This document shows positions 1 to 12,825 of a DNA stretch of 64,000 nucleotides, piece after piece. Under the pieces are notes generated by a model. That model was given only the letters and a program-made list of their open reading frames with translations. It did not search any database and had not been told where the DNA came from. The position numbers and the translations under genes are program-made. The stretch is from contig JASTWF010000035.1 of the NCBI GenBank assembly GCA_030390025.1, forward strand, positions 2,418,001 to 2,482,000, written 5' to 3'. This DNA comes from Squalus acanthias (Eukaryota). Position 1 is the stretch's first letter, and the number at the start of each line of letters is the position of its first letter.

Positions 1-3000
1 CTCTCACGCAGTCTTTCTCACGCAGTCTCTCTCTCTCTCACAGTCTCTCTCACGCAGTCTCTCTCTCTCTCAGTCTCTCTCACGCAGTCTCTCTCTCTCA
101 CGCAGTCTCTCTCAGTCTCTCTCACGCAGTCTCTCTCTCTCTCAGTCTCTCTCACGCAGTCTCTCTCTCTCACAGTCTCTCTCTCACGCAGTCTCTCTCT
201 CTCTCACAGTCTCTCTCTCACGCAGTCTCTCTCTCAGTCTCTCTCACAGTCTCTCTCACGCAGTCTCTCTCTCTCTCAGTCTCTCTCTCACGCAGTCTCT
301 CTCTCTCACAGTCTCTCTCTCACGCAGTCTCTCTCTCTCTCACAGTCTCTCTCTCTCACAGTCTCTCTCACAGTCTCTCTCACGCAGTCTCTCTCTCTCA
401 CAGTCTCTCTCTCTCGCGCAGTCTCTCTCACGCAGTCTCTCTCTCTCTCACGCAGTCTCTCTCTCTCTCACAGTCTCTCTCACGCAGTCTCTCTCTCCAA
501 CGCAGTCTCTCTCTCTCTCAGTCTCTCTCTCTCAGTCTCTCTCACGCAGTCTCTCTCTCACGCAGTCTCTCTCTCTCAGTCTCTCTCACGCAGTCTCTCT
601 CTCTCACGCAGTCTCTCTCTCTCTCACAGTCTCTCTCACGCAGTCTCTCTCTCTCACGCAGTCTCTCTCTCTCTCACAGTCTCTCTCTCTGTCTCTCTCT
701 CTCAGTCTCTCTCTCTGTCTCTCTCTCACGCAGTCTCTCTCTCTCGCGCAGTCTCTCTCTCAGTCTCTCTCACGCAGTCTCTCTCTCTCACGCAGTCTCT
801 CTCTCTCTGTCTCTCTCACGCAGTCTCTCTCTCTCTGTCTCTCTCACGCAGTCTCTCTCTCTCTGTCTCTCTCACGCAGTCTCTCTCTCTCTCAGTCTCT
901 CTCACGCAGTCTCTCTCTCACGCAGTCTCTCTCTCTCAGTCTCTCTCACGCAGTCTCTCTCTCTCACACAGTCTCTCTCTCTCGCGCAGTCTCTCTCTCA
1001 CGCAGTCTCTCTCTCTCGCAGTCTCTCTCTCTCACAGTCTCTCTCACGCAGTCTCTCTCTCTCACGCAGTCTCTCTCACGCAGTCTCTCTCTCTCTCAGT
1101 CTCTCTCACGCAGTCTCTCTCTCTCTCACAGTCTCTCTCACGCAGTCTCTCTCTCTCTCACAGTCTCTCTCTCACGCAGTCTCTCTCTCTCTCACAGTCT
1201 CTCTCACGCAGTCTCTCTCTCTCACGCAGTCTCTCTCACACAGTCTCTCTCTCTCTCACAGTCTCTCTCTCACGCAGTCTCTCTCACGCAGTCTCTCTCT
1301 CCCCCCCAGTCTCTCTCTCACGCAGTCTCTCTCTCACAGTCTCTCTCTCACGCAGTCTCTCTCTCTCACGCAGTCTCTCTCTCAGTCTCTCTCTCTGTCT
1401 CTCTCACGCAGTCTCTCTCTCGCAGTCTCTCTCACGCAGTCTCTCTCTCTCTCACGCAGTCTCTCTCTCAGTCTCTCTCTCACGCAGTCTCTCTCAGTCT
1501 CTCTCTCTCTCAGTCTCTCTCTCTCTGTCTCTCTCACGCAGTCTCTCTCAGTCTCTCTCACGCAGTCTCTCTCTCTCACAGTCTCTCTCACGCAGTCTCT
1601 CTCTCTCTGTCTCTCTCACGCAGTCTCTCTCTCTCTCAGTCTCTCTCACGCAGTCTCTCTCTCTCTCAGTCTCTCTCACGCAGTCTCTCTCTCACGCAGT
1701 CTCTCTCTCTCAGTCTCTCTCACGCAGTCTCTCTCTCTCACACAGTCTCTCTCTCTCGCGCAGTCTCTCTCTCACGCAGTCTCTCTCTCTCTCACAGTCT
1801 CTCTCTCACGCAGTCTCTCTCTCTCACAGTCTCTCTAACGCAGTCTCTCTCTCTCACACAGTCTCTCTCTCTCGCGCAGTCTCTCTCTCACGCAGTCTCT
1901 CTCTCTCTCAGTCTCTCTCTCACGCAGTCTCTCTCTCTCACAGTCTCTCTCACGCAGTCTCTCTCTCTCACGCAGTCTCTCTCACGCAGTCTCTCTCTCT
2001 CTCAGTCTCTCTCACGCAGTCTCTCTCTCTCTCACAGTCTCTCTCACGCAGTCTCTCTCTCTCTCACAGTCTCTCTCTCACGCAGTCTCTCTCTCTCTCA
2101 GTCTCTCTCACGCAGTCTCTCTCTCTCACGCAGTCTCTCTCACACAGTCTCTCTCTCTCTCACAGTCTCTCTCTCACGCAGTCTCTCTCACGCAGTCTCT
2201 CTCTCTCCCCCCCAGTCTCTCTCTCACGCAGTCTCTCTCTCACAGTCTCTCTCTCACGCAGTCTCTCTCTCTCACGCAGTCTCTCTCTCTCGCGCAGTCT
2301 CTCTCTCAGTCTCTCTCTCTGTCTCTCTCACGCAGTCTCTCTCTCGCAGTCTCTCTCACGCAGTCTCTCTCTCTCTCACGCAGTCTCTCTCTCAGTCTCT
2401 CTCTCACGCAGTCTCTCTCAGTCTCTCTCTCTCTCAGTCTCTCTCACGCAGTCTCTCTCAGTCTCTCTCACGCAGTCTCTCTCTCTCACAGTCTCTCTCA
2501 CGCAGTCTCTCTCTCTCTCACAGTCTCTCTCACGCAGTCTCTCTCTCTCTCACAGTCTCTCTCACGCAGTCTCTCTCTCTCTCAGTCTCTCTCACGCAGT
2601 CTCTCTCTCTCCCCCCCAGTCTCTCTCTCACGCAGTCTCTCTCTCACAGTCTCTCTCTCACGCAGTCTCTCTCTCTCACGCAGTCTCTCTCTCAGTCTCT
2701 CTCTCTGTCTCTCTCACGCAGTCTCTCTCTCGCAGTCTCTCTCTCTCTCACGCAGTCTCTCTCTCAGTCTCTCTCTCACGCAGTCTCTCTCAGTCTCTCT
2801 CTCTCTCAGTCTCTCTCTCTCTCAGTCTCTCTCACGCAGTCTCTCTCAGTCTCTCTCACGCAGTCTCTCTCTCTCACAGTCTCTCTCACGCAGTCTCTCT
2901 CTCTGTCTCTCTCACGCAGTCTCTCTCTCTCTCAGTCTCTCTCACGCAGTCTCTCTCTCTCTCAGTCTCTCTCACGCAGTCTCTCTCTCACGCAGTCTCT

Positions 3001-6000
3001 CTCTCTCAGTCTCTCTCACGCAGTCTCTCTCTCTCACACAGTCTCTCTCTCTCGCGGAGTCTCTCTCTCACGCAGTCTCTCTCTCTCTCACAGTCTCTCT
3101 CTCACGCAGTCTCTCTCTCTCACAGTCTCTCTCTCTCACACAGTCTCTCTCTCTCGCGCAGTCTCTCTCTCACGCAGTCTCTCTCTCTCTCACAGTCTCT
3201 CTCTCACGCAGTCTCTCTCTCTCACAGTCTCTCTCACGCAGTCTCTCTCTCTCACGCAGTCTCTCTCACGCAGTCTCTCTCTCTCTGTCTCTCTCACGCA
3301 GTCTCTCTCTCTCTCACAGTCTCTCTCACGCAGTCTCTCTCTCTCTCACAGTCTCTCTCTCACGCAGTCTCTCTCTCTCTCACAGTCTCTCTCACGCAGT
3401 CTCTCTCTCTCACGCAGTCTCTCTCACACAGTCTCTCTCTCTCTCACGCAGTCTCTCTCACGCAGTCTCTCTCTCTCCCCCCCAGTCTCTCTCTCACGCA
3501 GTCTCTCTCTCACAGTCTCTCTCTCACGCAGTCTCTCTCTCTCGCGCAGTCTCTCTCTCAGTCTCTCTCACGCAGTCTCTCTCTCTCTCTCTCTCTCACG
3601 CAGTCTCTCTCTCAGTCTCTCTCTCACGCAGTCTCTCTCAGTCTCTCTCTCTCTCAGTCTCTCTCACGCAGTCTCTCTCAGTCTCTCTCTCTCTCAGTCT
3701 CTCTCACGCAGTCTCTCTCAGTCTCTCTCTCTCTCAGTCTCTCTCACGCAGTCTCTCTCAGTCTCTCTCTCACGCAGTCTCTCTCAGTCTCTCTCTCTCT
3801 CAGTCTCTCTCACGCAGTCTCTCTCTCACGCAGTCTCTCTCTCTCACAGTCTCTCTCACGCAGTCTCTCTCTCTCTCACAGTCTCTCTCACGCAGTCTCT
3901 CTCTCTCTCACGCAGTCTCTCTCTCTCTCAGTCTCTCTCACGCAGTCTCTCTCTCTCTCACAGTCTCTCTCACGCAGTCTCTCTCTCTCTCACGCAGTCT
4001 CTCTCTCTCTCAGTCTCTCTCACGCAGTCTCTCTCTCTCTCACAGTCTCTCTCTCACGCAGTCTCTCTCACGCAGTCTCTCTCTCACGCAGTCTCTCACA
4101 GTCTCTCTCACGCAGTCTCTCTCTCTCTCACAGTCTCTCTCACGCAGTCTCTCTCTCTCTCACAGTCTCTCTCACGCAGTCTCTCTCTCTCTCAGTCTCT
4201 CTCACGCAGTCTCTCTCTCTCACGCAGTCTCTCTCTCACAGTCTCTCACGCAGTCTCTCTCTCTCTCTCAGTCTCTCTCACGCAGTCTCTCTCTCACAGT
4301 CTCTCTCACGCAGTCTCTCTCTCTCACAGTCTCTCTCACGCAGTCTCTCTCTCTCACAGTCTCTCTCACGCAGTCTCTCTCTCTCACAGTCTCTCTCACG
4401 CAGTCTCTCTCTCTCACAGTCTCTCTCACGCAGTCTCTCTCTCTCACAGTCTCTCTCACGCAGTCTCTCTCTCTCACAGTCTCTCTCACGCAGTCTCTCT
4501 CACAGTCTCTCTCACGCAGTCTCTCTCTCTCACAGTCTCTCTCACGCAGTCTCTCTCACAGTCTCTCTCACGCAGTCTCTCTCTCTCACAGTCTCTCTCA
4601 CGCAGTCTCTCTCTCTCTCACAGTCTCTCTCACGCAGTCTCTCTCTCACGCAGTCTCTCTCCCCCCCAGTCTCTCTCTCTCACGCAGTCTCTCTTTCTCC
4701 CCCCCAGTCTCTCTCTCTCACGGTCTCTCTCTCTCACCCAGCCTCTCTCTCTCACGCAGTCTCTCTCTCTCTCAGTCTCTCTCTCTCTCTCTCAGTCTCT
4801 CTCACAGTCTCTCTCACGCAGTCTCTCTCTCACGCAGTCTCTCTCTCTCTCCCCCAGTCTCTCTCTCTCACGGTCTCTCTCTCTCACCCAGTCTCTCTCT
4901 CTCAGTCTCTCTCTCTCTCTCTCTCAGTCTCTCTCTCAGTCTCTCTCTCTCACAGTCTCTCTCACGCAGTCTCTCTCTGTCTCTCTCACGCAGTCTCTCT
5001 CTCTCACAGTCTCTCTCACGCAGTCTCTCTCTCTCAGTCTCTCTCTCTCAGTCTCTCTCACGCAGTCTCTCTCTCTCTGTCTCTCTCACGCAGTCTCTCT
5101 CTCTCTGTCTCTCACGCAGTCTCTCTCTCTCTCAGTCTCTCTCTCGCAGTCTCTCTCTCTCTCTGTCTCTCTCACGCAGTCTCTCTCTCTCTGTCTCTCA
5201 CGCAGTCTCTCTCTCTCTCACAGTCTCTCTCACGCAGTCTCTCTCTCTCTCTGTCTCTCTCACGCAGTCTCTCTCTCTCTCACAGTCTCTCTCTCAGTCT
5301 CTCACTCACAGTCTCTCACTCAGTCTCACTCACAGTCTCTCACTCACAGTCTCTCACTCAGTCTCACTCACAGTCTCTCACTCACAGTCTCTCACTCAGT
5401 CTCACTCACAGTCTCTCACTCACAGTCTCTCACTCAGTCTCACTCACAGTCTCTCACTCACAGTCTCTCACTCAGTCTCACTCACAGTCTCTCACTCACA
5501 GTCTCTCACTCAGTCTCACTCACAGTCTCTCACTCACAGTCTCTCACTCAGTCTCTCACTCACAGTCTCTCTCTCTCGCGCAGTCTCTCTCTCACAGTCT
5601 CTCACTCAGTCTCTCACTCACAGTCTCTCTCACGCAGTCTCTCTCTCTCTCGCGCAGTCTCTCACACGCAGTCTCTCTCTCTCGCGCAGTCTCTCACACG
5701 CAGTCTCTCTCTCTCAGTCTCTCTCTCACACGCAGTCTCTCTCACTCACAGTCTCTCTCTCACACGCAGTCTCTCTCTCACTCACAGTCTCTCTCTCAGT
5801 CTCTCACTCACAGTCTCTCACTCAGTCTCTCACTCACAGTCTCTCTCTCTCAGTCTCTCTCTCTCAGTTTCTCACAGTCTCTCACTCACAGTCTCTCACT
5901 CACAGTCTCTCTCTCACACAGTCTCTCTCTCACTCACAGTCTCTCTCTCACTCACAGTCTCTCACTCACAGTCTCTCACACAGTCTCTCTCTCACTCACA

Positions 6001-6748
6001 GTCTCTCTCTCACACAGTCTCTCTCTCACTCACAGTCTCTCTCTCACAGTCTCTCTCACTCACAGTCTCTCTCTCACAGTCTCTCTCACTCACAGTCTCT
6101 CTCTCACAGTCTCTCTCAGTCTCTCTCTCTCACAGTCTCTCTCTCAGTCTCTCACTCACAGTCTCTCACTCAGTCTCTCACTCACAGTCTCTCTCTCTCA
6201 GTCTCTCTCTCTCAGTTTCTCTCAGTCTCTCACTCACAGTCTCTCACTCACACAGTCTCTCTCTCACTCACAGTCTCTCTCTCACACAGTCTCTCTCTCA
6301 CTCACAGTCTCTCTCTCACAGTCTCTCTCACTCACAGTCTCTCTCTCAGTCTCTCTCAGTCTCTCTCTCTCACAGTCTCTCTCTCAGTCTCTCACTCGCA
6401 GTCTCTCTCTCTCAGTCTCTCTCTCTCGCAGTCTCTCTCACACAGTCTCTCTCTCACAGTCTCTCACTCGCAGTCTCTCTCTCACAGTCTCTCTCTCTCA
6501 CAGTCTCTCTCACTCACACAGTCTCTCTCTCTCTGTCTCTCTCACAGTCTCTCTCACTCACACAGTCTCTCTCACTCACACAGTCTCTCTCACTCACACA
6601 CTCTCTCTCACACACTCTCTCTCTCTCTCACACACTCTCTCTCTCTCTCACACTCTCTCTCTCTCTCTCACACTCTCTCTCTCTCTCTCTCACACACTCT
6701 CTCTCTCTCACACTCTCTCTCCCTCACACTCTCTCTCTCTCACACAGT
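1..6748. repeat. Compound (CT)n satellite punctuated by CACGCAGT/CACAGT
   Basis: Continuous array that runs off the window start. Contains a 30-bp perfect block (~4290-4490), a 38-bp block (~5310-5550) and a CACACT-type end. Confidence 0.97.
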
Positions 6749-6914
6749 CTTGTATTGGTGATAGCACCACTAAAATCAACACAAAAGGTGTAAGCATCTG
6801 AAGACTAGGCTCTAGTGTTCTATTCTTCACCACCTGGCTATCCAACTTTTACAGTATACACCCAGCAGTGTAATGTCTCCTCTGTTGTTCCTTAATTCTA
6901 ACCAAATAGACTCT

Positions 6915-7434
6915 TGTGTTTGGCCCCACAACGACAGGAAGGATGTGAAAGCCTTAGAGAGGGTGCAGAGAAAATCTACAAGAATCATTCCAGGGATGAG
7001 GGATTTCAGTTACGTTGATAGACTAGAGAAGCTGGGGTTGTTCTCCTTGGAGCAGAGAAGGTTGAGACGAGATTTGATAGAGATGTTCAAAATCATGAGG
7101 GGTCTGGACAGAGCAGAGAGAGAGAAACTGTTCCCATTGGCGGAAGGGTCGAGAACCAGAGGACACAGATTTAAGGTGGTTGGCAAAAGAACCAAAGGCG
7201 ACATGAGGAAAAACTTTTTTACGCAGCGAGTGGTTATGATCTGGAATGCGCTGCCTGAAAGGGTGGTGGAGGCTTTCAAAAGGGAATTAAATAAGTACCT
7301 GAAGGAAAGAAATTTGCAGGGCTACGGGGAAAGGGCGGGGGAGTGGGACTAGCTGAAGTGCTCTTGCAGAGAGCCGGGACCGGCTCGACGGGCCGAATGG
7401 CCTCCTTCTGTGCTGTAATCATTCTATGATTCTA
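6915..7434 (+). mobile_element. CR1 LINE 3' fragment
   Basis: ORF 6873-7352 (LEKLGLFSLEQRRLR..RTRGH..FFTQRVV..WNALP), followed by the ATTCTATGATTCTA tail. Confidence 0.92.
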
Positions 7435-7820
7435 CATCATCAGAGTCCCAAATACCTGGTAACACTTCAATATTGTACATTTGGAATGTCTCCTAGAACA
7501 ATTGCTTCAGCTGAACTTGTAACTAGCCAGTCAATCTGGCCTGACTCCCATAGACAACATTCATCGCACTCACCACTTTAATGTTCAGTGAGTGATACCA
7601 GCTTTCATTTAAATTGCACCTGTATTAAAACACTGCATGAAATAATGACACAAAAATCCTTCATTCCTTCAGAGTGGCTGAGATCCTCCCATCAAGCTTA
7701 CTGGTCAGTATTCGCACTGAGGTCATCAGCAGTCTGAGGCTCTGGTAACTCCACCAGAACAAGGGCAGTGGGCCACCGCCCACGAGGAGTGGGGAAATAG
7801 AAGGAGGAATGGGTGCTCAC

Positions 7821-7905
7821 CATGTTTACTCCTCCAGATTGTGTCAGTGAACAGATGGAGCCATATGTTGCCAAACCTGCAGTGCCACCTGTAAAATAGG
7901 TTCCA
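7821..7905 (-). CDS. ADAM exon (I)GTYFTGGTAGLATYGSICSLTQSGGVNM
   Basis: tttctcttttgcag acceptor, 85 nt (1 nt + 28 codons), gtgagc donor. SICS..SGGVNM immediately precedes the DHS...HExGH exon in ADAM12/15/19. Confidence 0.94.
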
Positions 7906-8151
7906 CTGCAAAAGAGAAATCAACATTAAGGGAGAAGAATGTGTTAGAATCAAAGGGCTACTGACAATCTCCCATGGTGGGAATAAACAGACTATTCTTA
8001 TAAAGGACGCTGAATCACCTCCACTTTCTCTGCAATAATCTGTGAGCTCTGAGACCCACCTCTGAGGCACCATGGAATTGGCACCGAGCTGGGCTGTGAG
8101 GCTGAGCCCTCGGCCCAGGGACAGAGTTGTGAGAAAAGATGAGAAGACCTA

Positions 8152-8924
8152 GGGGGAAAAATTCAGCTGCTTGCGCCTCCCGTTAGCGCCTTAAGAGGGC
8201 GCTAATGGGGCGTAAAGCAGCTAACGCCCGGGCGCAGCGCCGCCCACGCCTCCCGTAAAATTCAGCGGGAGGTTAGCGGCGGCGCCAGCCGGTAGCGCCC
8301 TGTGGCGCTGCGCCGCCGGCGATGACGTCATCGCCGTGCGCAGCACCCCGCTCGCGCTCCAGCCGCGATCTTCAGTCGCGCCCCCTGATTTACCGCCAGA
8401 CGCTATGTCCGACGGGTTCAGGTAGGCGTACGTGCAGCCGGGGCGGCGATATTTAAAGGGGAGGTGGCAGGCGGCCATTTTTGTTGCTGGCCGCCTGCCA
8501 GCACCTGCCCCCGTTGCTGTCCCCGGCCCCCGTGAAGCCCCCCCACTGTGAAGTGCCGGCTGCGCTCCAAGAGCCCGGCACTTCTCCTGAGTGCCGGGCT
8601 CTTTTGCCGGCACTCCCGATCCCTGGGAGCCCAGCTGGGCCCCGGTTCGCGCTGCGCAGGGTCCCTCCCCTTTAAGAAGGGGAGGAAGGCCTGCAATACC
8701 GCGGCGCGACGTGCCGCAGCGCGTGGCGCTGCGGCACGTAGCGCCAGGATATTCCCTCGCAGCGCCCCAAGAGGGATGCGGGGCGCTTCCAGTGGCGCCC
8801 CGCTTCCCTCTTGGGGCGCAACCACTGAAGTTCCGGCGCGGGGCCGCTAATTTTTTCGGGGCGCTAAAAGTCGCGCCCCGGCGAGGTTAGCGCCCCAAAT
8901 GGGGCGCGACTCAATTTTTACCCC
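8152..8924. mobile_element. GC/CpG-rich non-autonomous PIF/Harbinger-type element
   Basis: TIRs GGGGGAAAAATTCAG...CTCAATTTTTACCCC. One end is near-identical over ~88 bp to the element at 33625-34366. No clean TSD at this copy. Confidence 0.75.
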
Positions 8925-9026
8925 ACAGACTCTTGAGTCTCGAAAGGGGGTGAACAAGAGTGGACCTTATCGAGGTATTGGGCTGGATTCCACTCCCCCA
9001 TCCCGCCCAAAATCTGGTGTGATAAT

Positions 9027-10082
9027 AAGAACATAAGAAATATGAGCAGGAATAGGCCACTTGGCCCCTCGAGCCTGCTCTGCCATTCAATAAGATCATG
9101 GCTGATCTGGTCTTGGGCTCAAAGCCACTTCTCTGCCCGCTCCCCATAACCCTTCACTCCCTTATCTTGTAAAAATCTGTCTATCTCCATCTTAAATGTA
9201 TTTAATGACCCAGCCTCCACGGCTCTCTGGGGCAGAGAATTCCACAGATTTACGACCCTCTGAGAGAAGAAATTCCTCCTCATCTCAGTTCTATTTTTCC
9301 TGCCAAAGTGGATAACCTCGCACTTTCCCACATTATACTCCATCTGCCAAAGGTTTTCCCACTCACCTAGCCTGTCTATATCCCTTTGCAGATTCATTGA
9401 GTCCTCTGCACAACTTGCTAACCCACCCATCTTTGTATCATCCGCAAACTTGGCTACATTACACTCGAACCCTTCATCCAAGTCATTTTGGTATATTGCA
9501 ACCAATGCATCCACTATCTCTGCAGCCACTTCTTTTAAGACCCTGGGATACAGGCCATCTGGTCCAGGGGACTTGTCGTCTTTTAGTCCCATTATTTTAC
9601 TGAGTACTATTTCCTCAGTGATAGTGATTGTCTTAAGTACCCCACTCCCTGTGGCCCCTTGATTATCCATTATTGGGATGTTGTTAGTGTCTTCTACCGT
9701 GAAGACAGATGCAAAATATTTGTTCAGAGTCTCTGCTATTTCCCCGTTCCCCATTATTAATTCCCCAGTCTCATCCTCTAAGGGACCAACGTTTACTTTA
9801 GCTACCCTCTTCCTTTTTACATACCTGCAGAAGCTCTTACTATCTGTTTTAATGTTTCTTGCCAGCTTACTCTCATAATTAATCTTCTCTCTATTTTTTT
9901 TTAGTCATCTTTTGCTGGTTTTTAAAAATTTCCCAATCATCTGGTCTCCCACCAATCTTGGCAACATTGTATGCCTTCGTTTTCAATTTGATACCATCCT
10001 TTACTTCCTTAGTTAGCCACGGATGGTGCTCCCTTCTCTTAAAATCTTTCTTTCTCACTGGAATATATTTTTGTTGATGTTG
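9027..10082 (-). mobile_element. CR1 LINE, 5'-truncated, with two internal deletions
   Basis: ORF 9119-9754 jumps IYQN|DLDE and GRKN|RTEM. Same subfamily as 61803-64000. Confidence 0.92.
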
Positions 10083-10084
10083 AT

Positions 10085-10690
10085 CACAGATGTCCACTTG
10101 CCCCTCCGGCACATAACAATCCCCACCCAGTGTTCTGGGTCAGGGTTCATCACAGATCTGGACTGTGCTGATGACATCATACCCTTGGCTGAAACTGTGG
10201 GCACTCTCACCGAATCTTTGGCAAGAGGCATCTAGAGGCATCTAGCCCTGGTCTTCACATTATCTGGAACAAGACGAAGGTGCAATCGCTAGGACGCGAT
10301 ATCATTCCAGCTGCCATAATTTCAGATGCCGATCCTCTGCAGACAGTGGAATCAGTGGCACAATTCACTTCCATAGGCGGTATGATTCCCTTCAATGGGA
10401 CTGTTCCCCTGACTGCCATAGCCACAATGCGCTTGCGAGCTCCGCAATGAACTCTCTATCCCATATATGGAGATCAGACATAAGTTGCAATCTCGAAGTA
10501 ATGAACAAGCGAATTGATGGATTCGATTCTAGATCACTTCGCACACTACTAAAGGTTAAGCTTCAGGACAAAACCTCAAATGAGACTTTAGGCAACTTGA
10601 CTGATCAATCACCGCTGCCCGGCTGGCTGATCATTACCAACTCCTCTGGTACGCACACCTCATGCATCTCCCTGAGTCTGACCCCACCAG
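10085..10690 (+). mobile_element. Degraded RTE-clade LINE RT fragment
   Basis: ITDLDCADDIIPLAE..., WNKTKVQ and RIDGFDSRSLRTLLKVKLQDKTSNE resemble RTE RT and C-terminal motifs. Confidence 0.6.
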
Positions 10691-10729
10691 AGCATTCACC
10701 ACCAAAACACCACCAACATGGAAGAGGCC

Positions 10730-11250
10730 ACGATGCCTGTCAACACTCCATCAATGTCCAGCTCGTGGCTGATCACAGGAACAACATTATGCAGGTCTGT
10801 GCAAGGTACCCAGGGAACTGCCACCATGCTTTTATCCTGAGCCAGTCTACTATCCCCCCAATAGTCGACCAAGTGAGGAACGTGGCAGGATGGCTGCTGG
10901 GGACAAGGGATACCCCCTACAGATATGCTAATGACCCCACCTCTGCAACCTCAGGACGCCCGAGCAACACAGCTAGAATTGAAGCCAGGAGACCCCCAGG
11001 ATCATTACTGAGCACACCACAGGGACGCTGAAGCAGGGATTCAGGTGTCTTGACCGGTCGGGGAGCTCCTTACAATATGCCCCAGAGAGACTCTCCACAT
11101 CGGGGTCTGCCCGATCCTGCATAACCTCGTATTACAGAGAGACCTGCATTTGGAAGATGCTGAGGAACAGCAGCAACAGCAGTCCTCAGCAGATGAGGGA
11201 GGCCAGGGGGAAGGAGAATTGCGTGTGGCGAGGCGGTTGCCCGATTTGCG
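10730..11250 (+). pseudogene. Degraded PIF/Harbinger (HARBI1-like, DDE_Tnp_4) transposase fragment
   Basis: HSINVQLVADH..QVCARYPGNCHHAFIL..GWLL, then frameshifted GDKGYP and LKQGFRCLDRSGSSLQYAPE..LHN plus an acidic tail. Contains stops and frameshifts. Confidence 0.85.
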
Positions 11251-11335
11251 ATGGGAGAGATGTTTTCATTTACACATTCGCTGTCTCCTGCCTAGGGTTA
11301 GTTTGATTTGAGAAAGTTGGGTGTCAGGTACTCAC

Positions 11336-11502
11336 ATGATGAGATGAGCGTTGTCGTTGTACAATCGCGGTAGAAGATTACTCTGCCTCCACTGGAGGAA
11401 TCGACTCAGGGTTACCTGAGCACTTCTGTCCACTGTGATTTGGTCGGTGGTCCACACCTCGACTCCAATCAGAGCAATGCGAATGTTAAATGGTCTGTAG
11501 TA
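11336..11502 (-). CDS. ADAM exon YYRPFNIRIALIGVEVWTTDQITVDRSAQVTLSRFLQWRQSNLLPRLYNDNAHLI(I)
   Basis: ctcccttctccag acceptor, 167 nt (55 codons + 2 nt), gtgagt donor. YRPxNIRIALxGxEVW...FLxWR...DNAxL is typical of reprolysins. Confidence 0.95.
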
Positions 11503-11784
11503 CTGGAGAAGGGAGAGGAGTTAGGAACTCAGGTGATTGGATTTACCTGAAACTGATGGGTACAGATGGATGGAAGACGAGATTCAACTAAATTCGAATG
11601 GCACCCAACGCAGAACAACAGCAGAGAAGGACATGCTGTGTGTGTCGCGATTAGTTCTGTGGTACATTGCCCCAGCTCTGGAATCCACCGGCAGTGAGGG
11701 AGTGGGTGTAACACCACAAACTAATGGCAGCTTACATTTTAAATGTGCTCTGCAATCAATTAAAGTTCCAGCTTAGACACATAG

Positions 11785-12825
11785 AGCAGGAGGGTGATAG
11801 AGCACAGCGGGAGAGGGAGATAGAGGACAGAGGGAGAGGGAGAGAGAGAGAGGACAGCGGGAGAGGGAGACAGAGGACAGAGGGAGAGGGAGATAGAGGA
11901 CAGAGGGAGAGGGAGAGAGAGAGAGGACAGCGGGAGAGGGAGATAGAGGACAGAGGGAGAGGGAGAGAGAGAGAGGACAGCGGGAGAGGGAGAGAGAGGA
12001 CAGAGGGAGAGGGAGAGAGAGAGAGGACAGCGGGAGAGGGAGATAGAGGACAGAGGGAGAGGGAGAGAGAGGACAGAGGGAGAGGGAGAGAGAGGACAGA
12101 GGGAGAGGGAGAGAGAGAGAGGACAGCGGGAGAGGGAGATAGAGGACAGAGGGAGAGGGAGAGAGAGAGAGGACAGCGGGAGAGGGAGATAGAGGACAGA
12201 GGGAGAGGGAGAGAGAGGACAGAGGGAGAGGGAGAGAGAGGACAGAGGGAGAGGGAGAGAGAGAGAGGACAGCGGGAGAGGGAGATAGAGGACAGAGGGA
12301 GAGAGAGAGAGAGAGAGCACAGCGGGAGAGGGAGAGAGAGAGTGAACAGTGGGAGAGGGAGAGAGAGAGTAAACAGTGGGAGAGGGAGAGAGAGCACAGC
12401 GGGAGAGGGAGAGAGAGAGAGGACAGCGGGAGAGAGAGAGAGAGAGTGAACAGTGGGAGAGGGAGAGAGAGCACAGCGGGAGAGGGAGAGAGAGAGAGGA
12501 CAGCGGGAGAGAGAGAGAGAGAGCACAGCGGGAGAGGGAGAGAGAGAGAGCACAGCGGGAGAGGGAGAGAGAGAGAGATAGCACAGCGGGAGAGGGAGAG
12601 AGAGAGCACAGCGGGAGAGGGAGAGAGAGAGCACAGCGGGAGAGAGAGAGAGAGAGAGGACAGCGGGAGAGGGAGAGAGAGAGAGCACAGCGGGAGAGAG
12701 AGAGAGAGCACAGCGGGAGAGGGAGAGAGAGAGAGAGAGAGATAGCACAGCGGGAGAGAGAGAGAGAGAGAGAGAGAGAGCACAGCGGGAGAGAGAGAGA
12801 GAGAGAGAGAGAGCACAGCGGGAGA
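11785..12825. repeat. (GA)n satellite with GGACAG/GCACAGCGG spacers, block 1
   Basis: Directly visible. The spacer changes from GGACAGAGG to GCACAGCGG along the array. Confidence 0.95.

Noticed and set aside
6749..7820. Catalytic HExxH exon of the ADAM gene
   Set aside because: No DHS/HExGH-coding exon found on the minus strand here; it is presumably outside the window.
7726..8073. 115-aa minus-strand ORF as a gene
   Set aside because: It overlaps the real 85-nt ADAM exon in a different frame and has no recognisable homology.
8221..8890. GC-rich overlapping ORFs suggesting a gene or CpG-island promoter
   Set aside because: They lie between Harbinger-type TIRs shared with 33625-34366; high GC explains the lack of stops.
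10447..11031. 194-aa ORF as HARBI1 or a novel fusion gene
   Set aside because: Chance read-through from an RTE fragment into a frameshifted, stop-containing Harbinger transposase.
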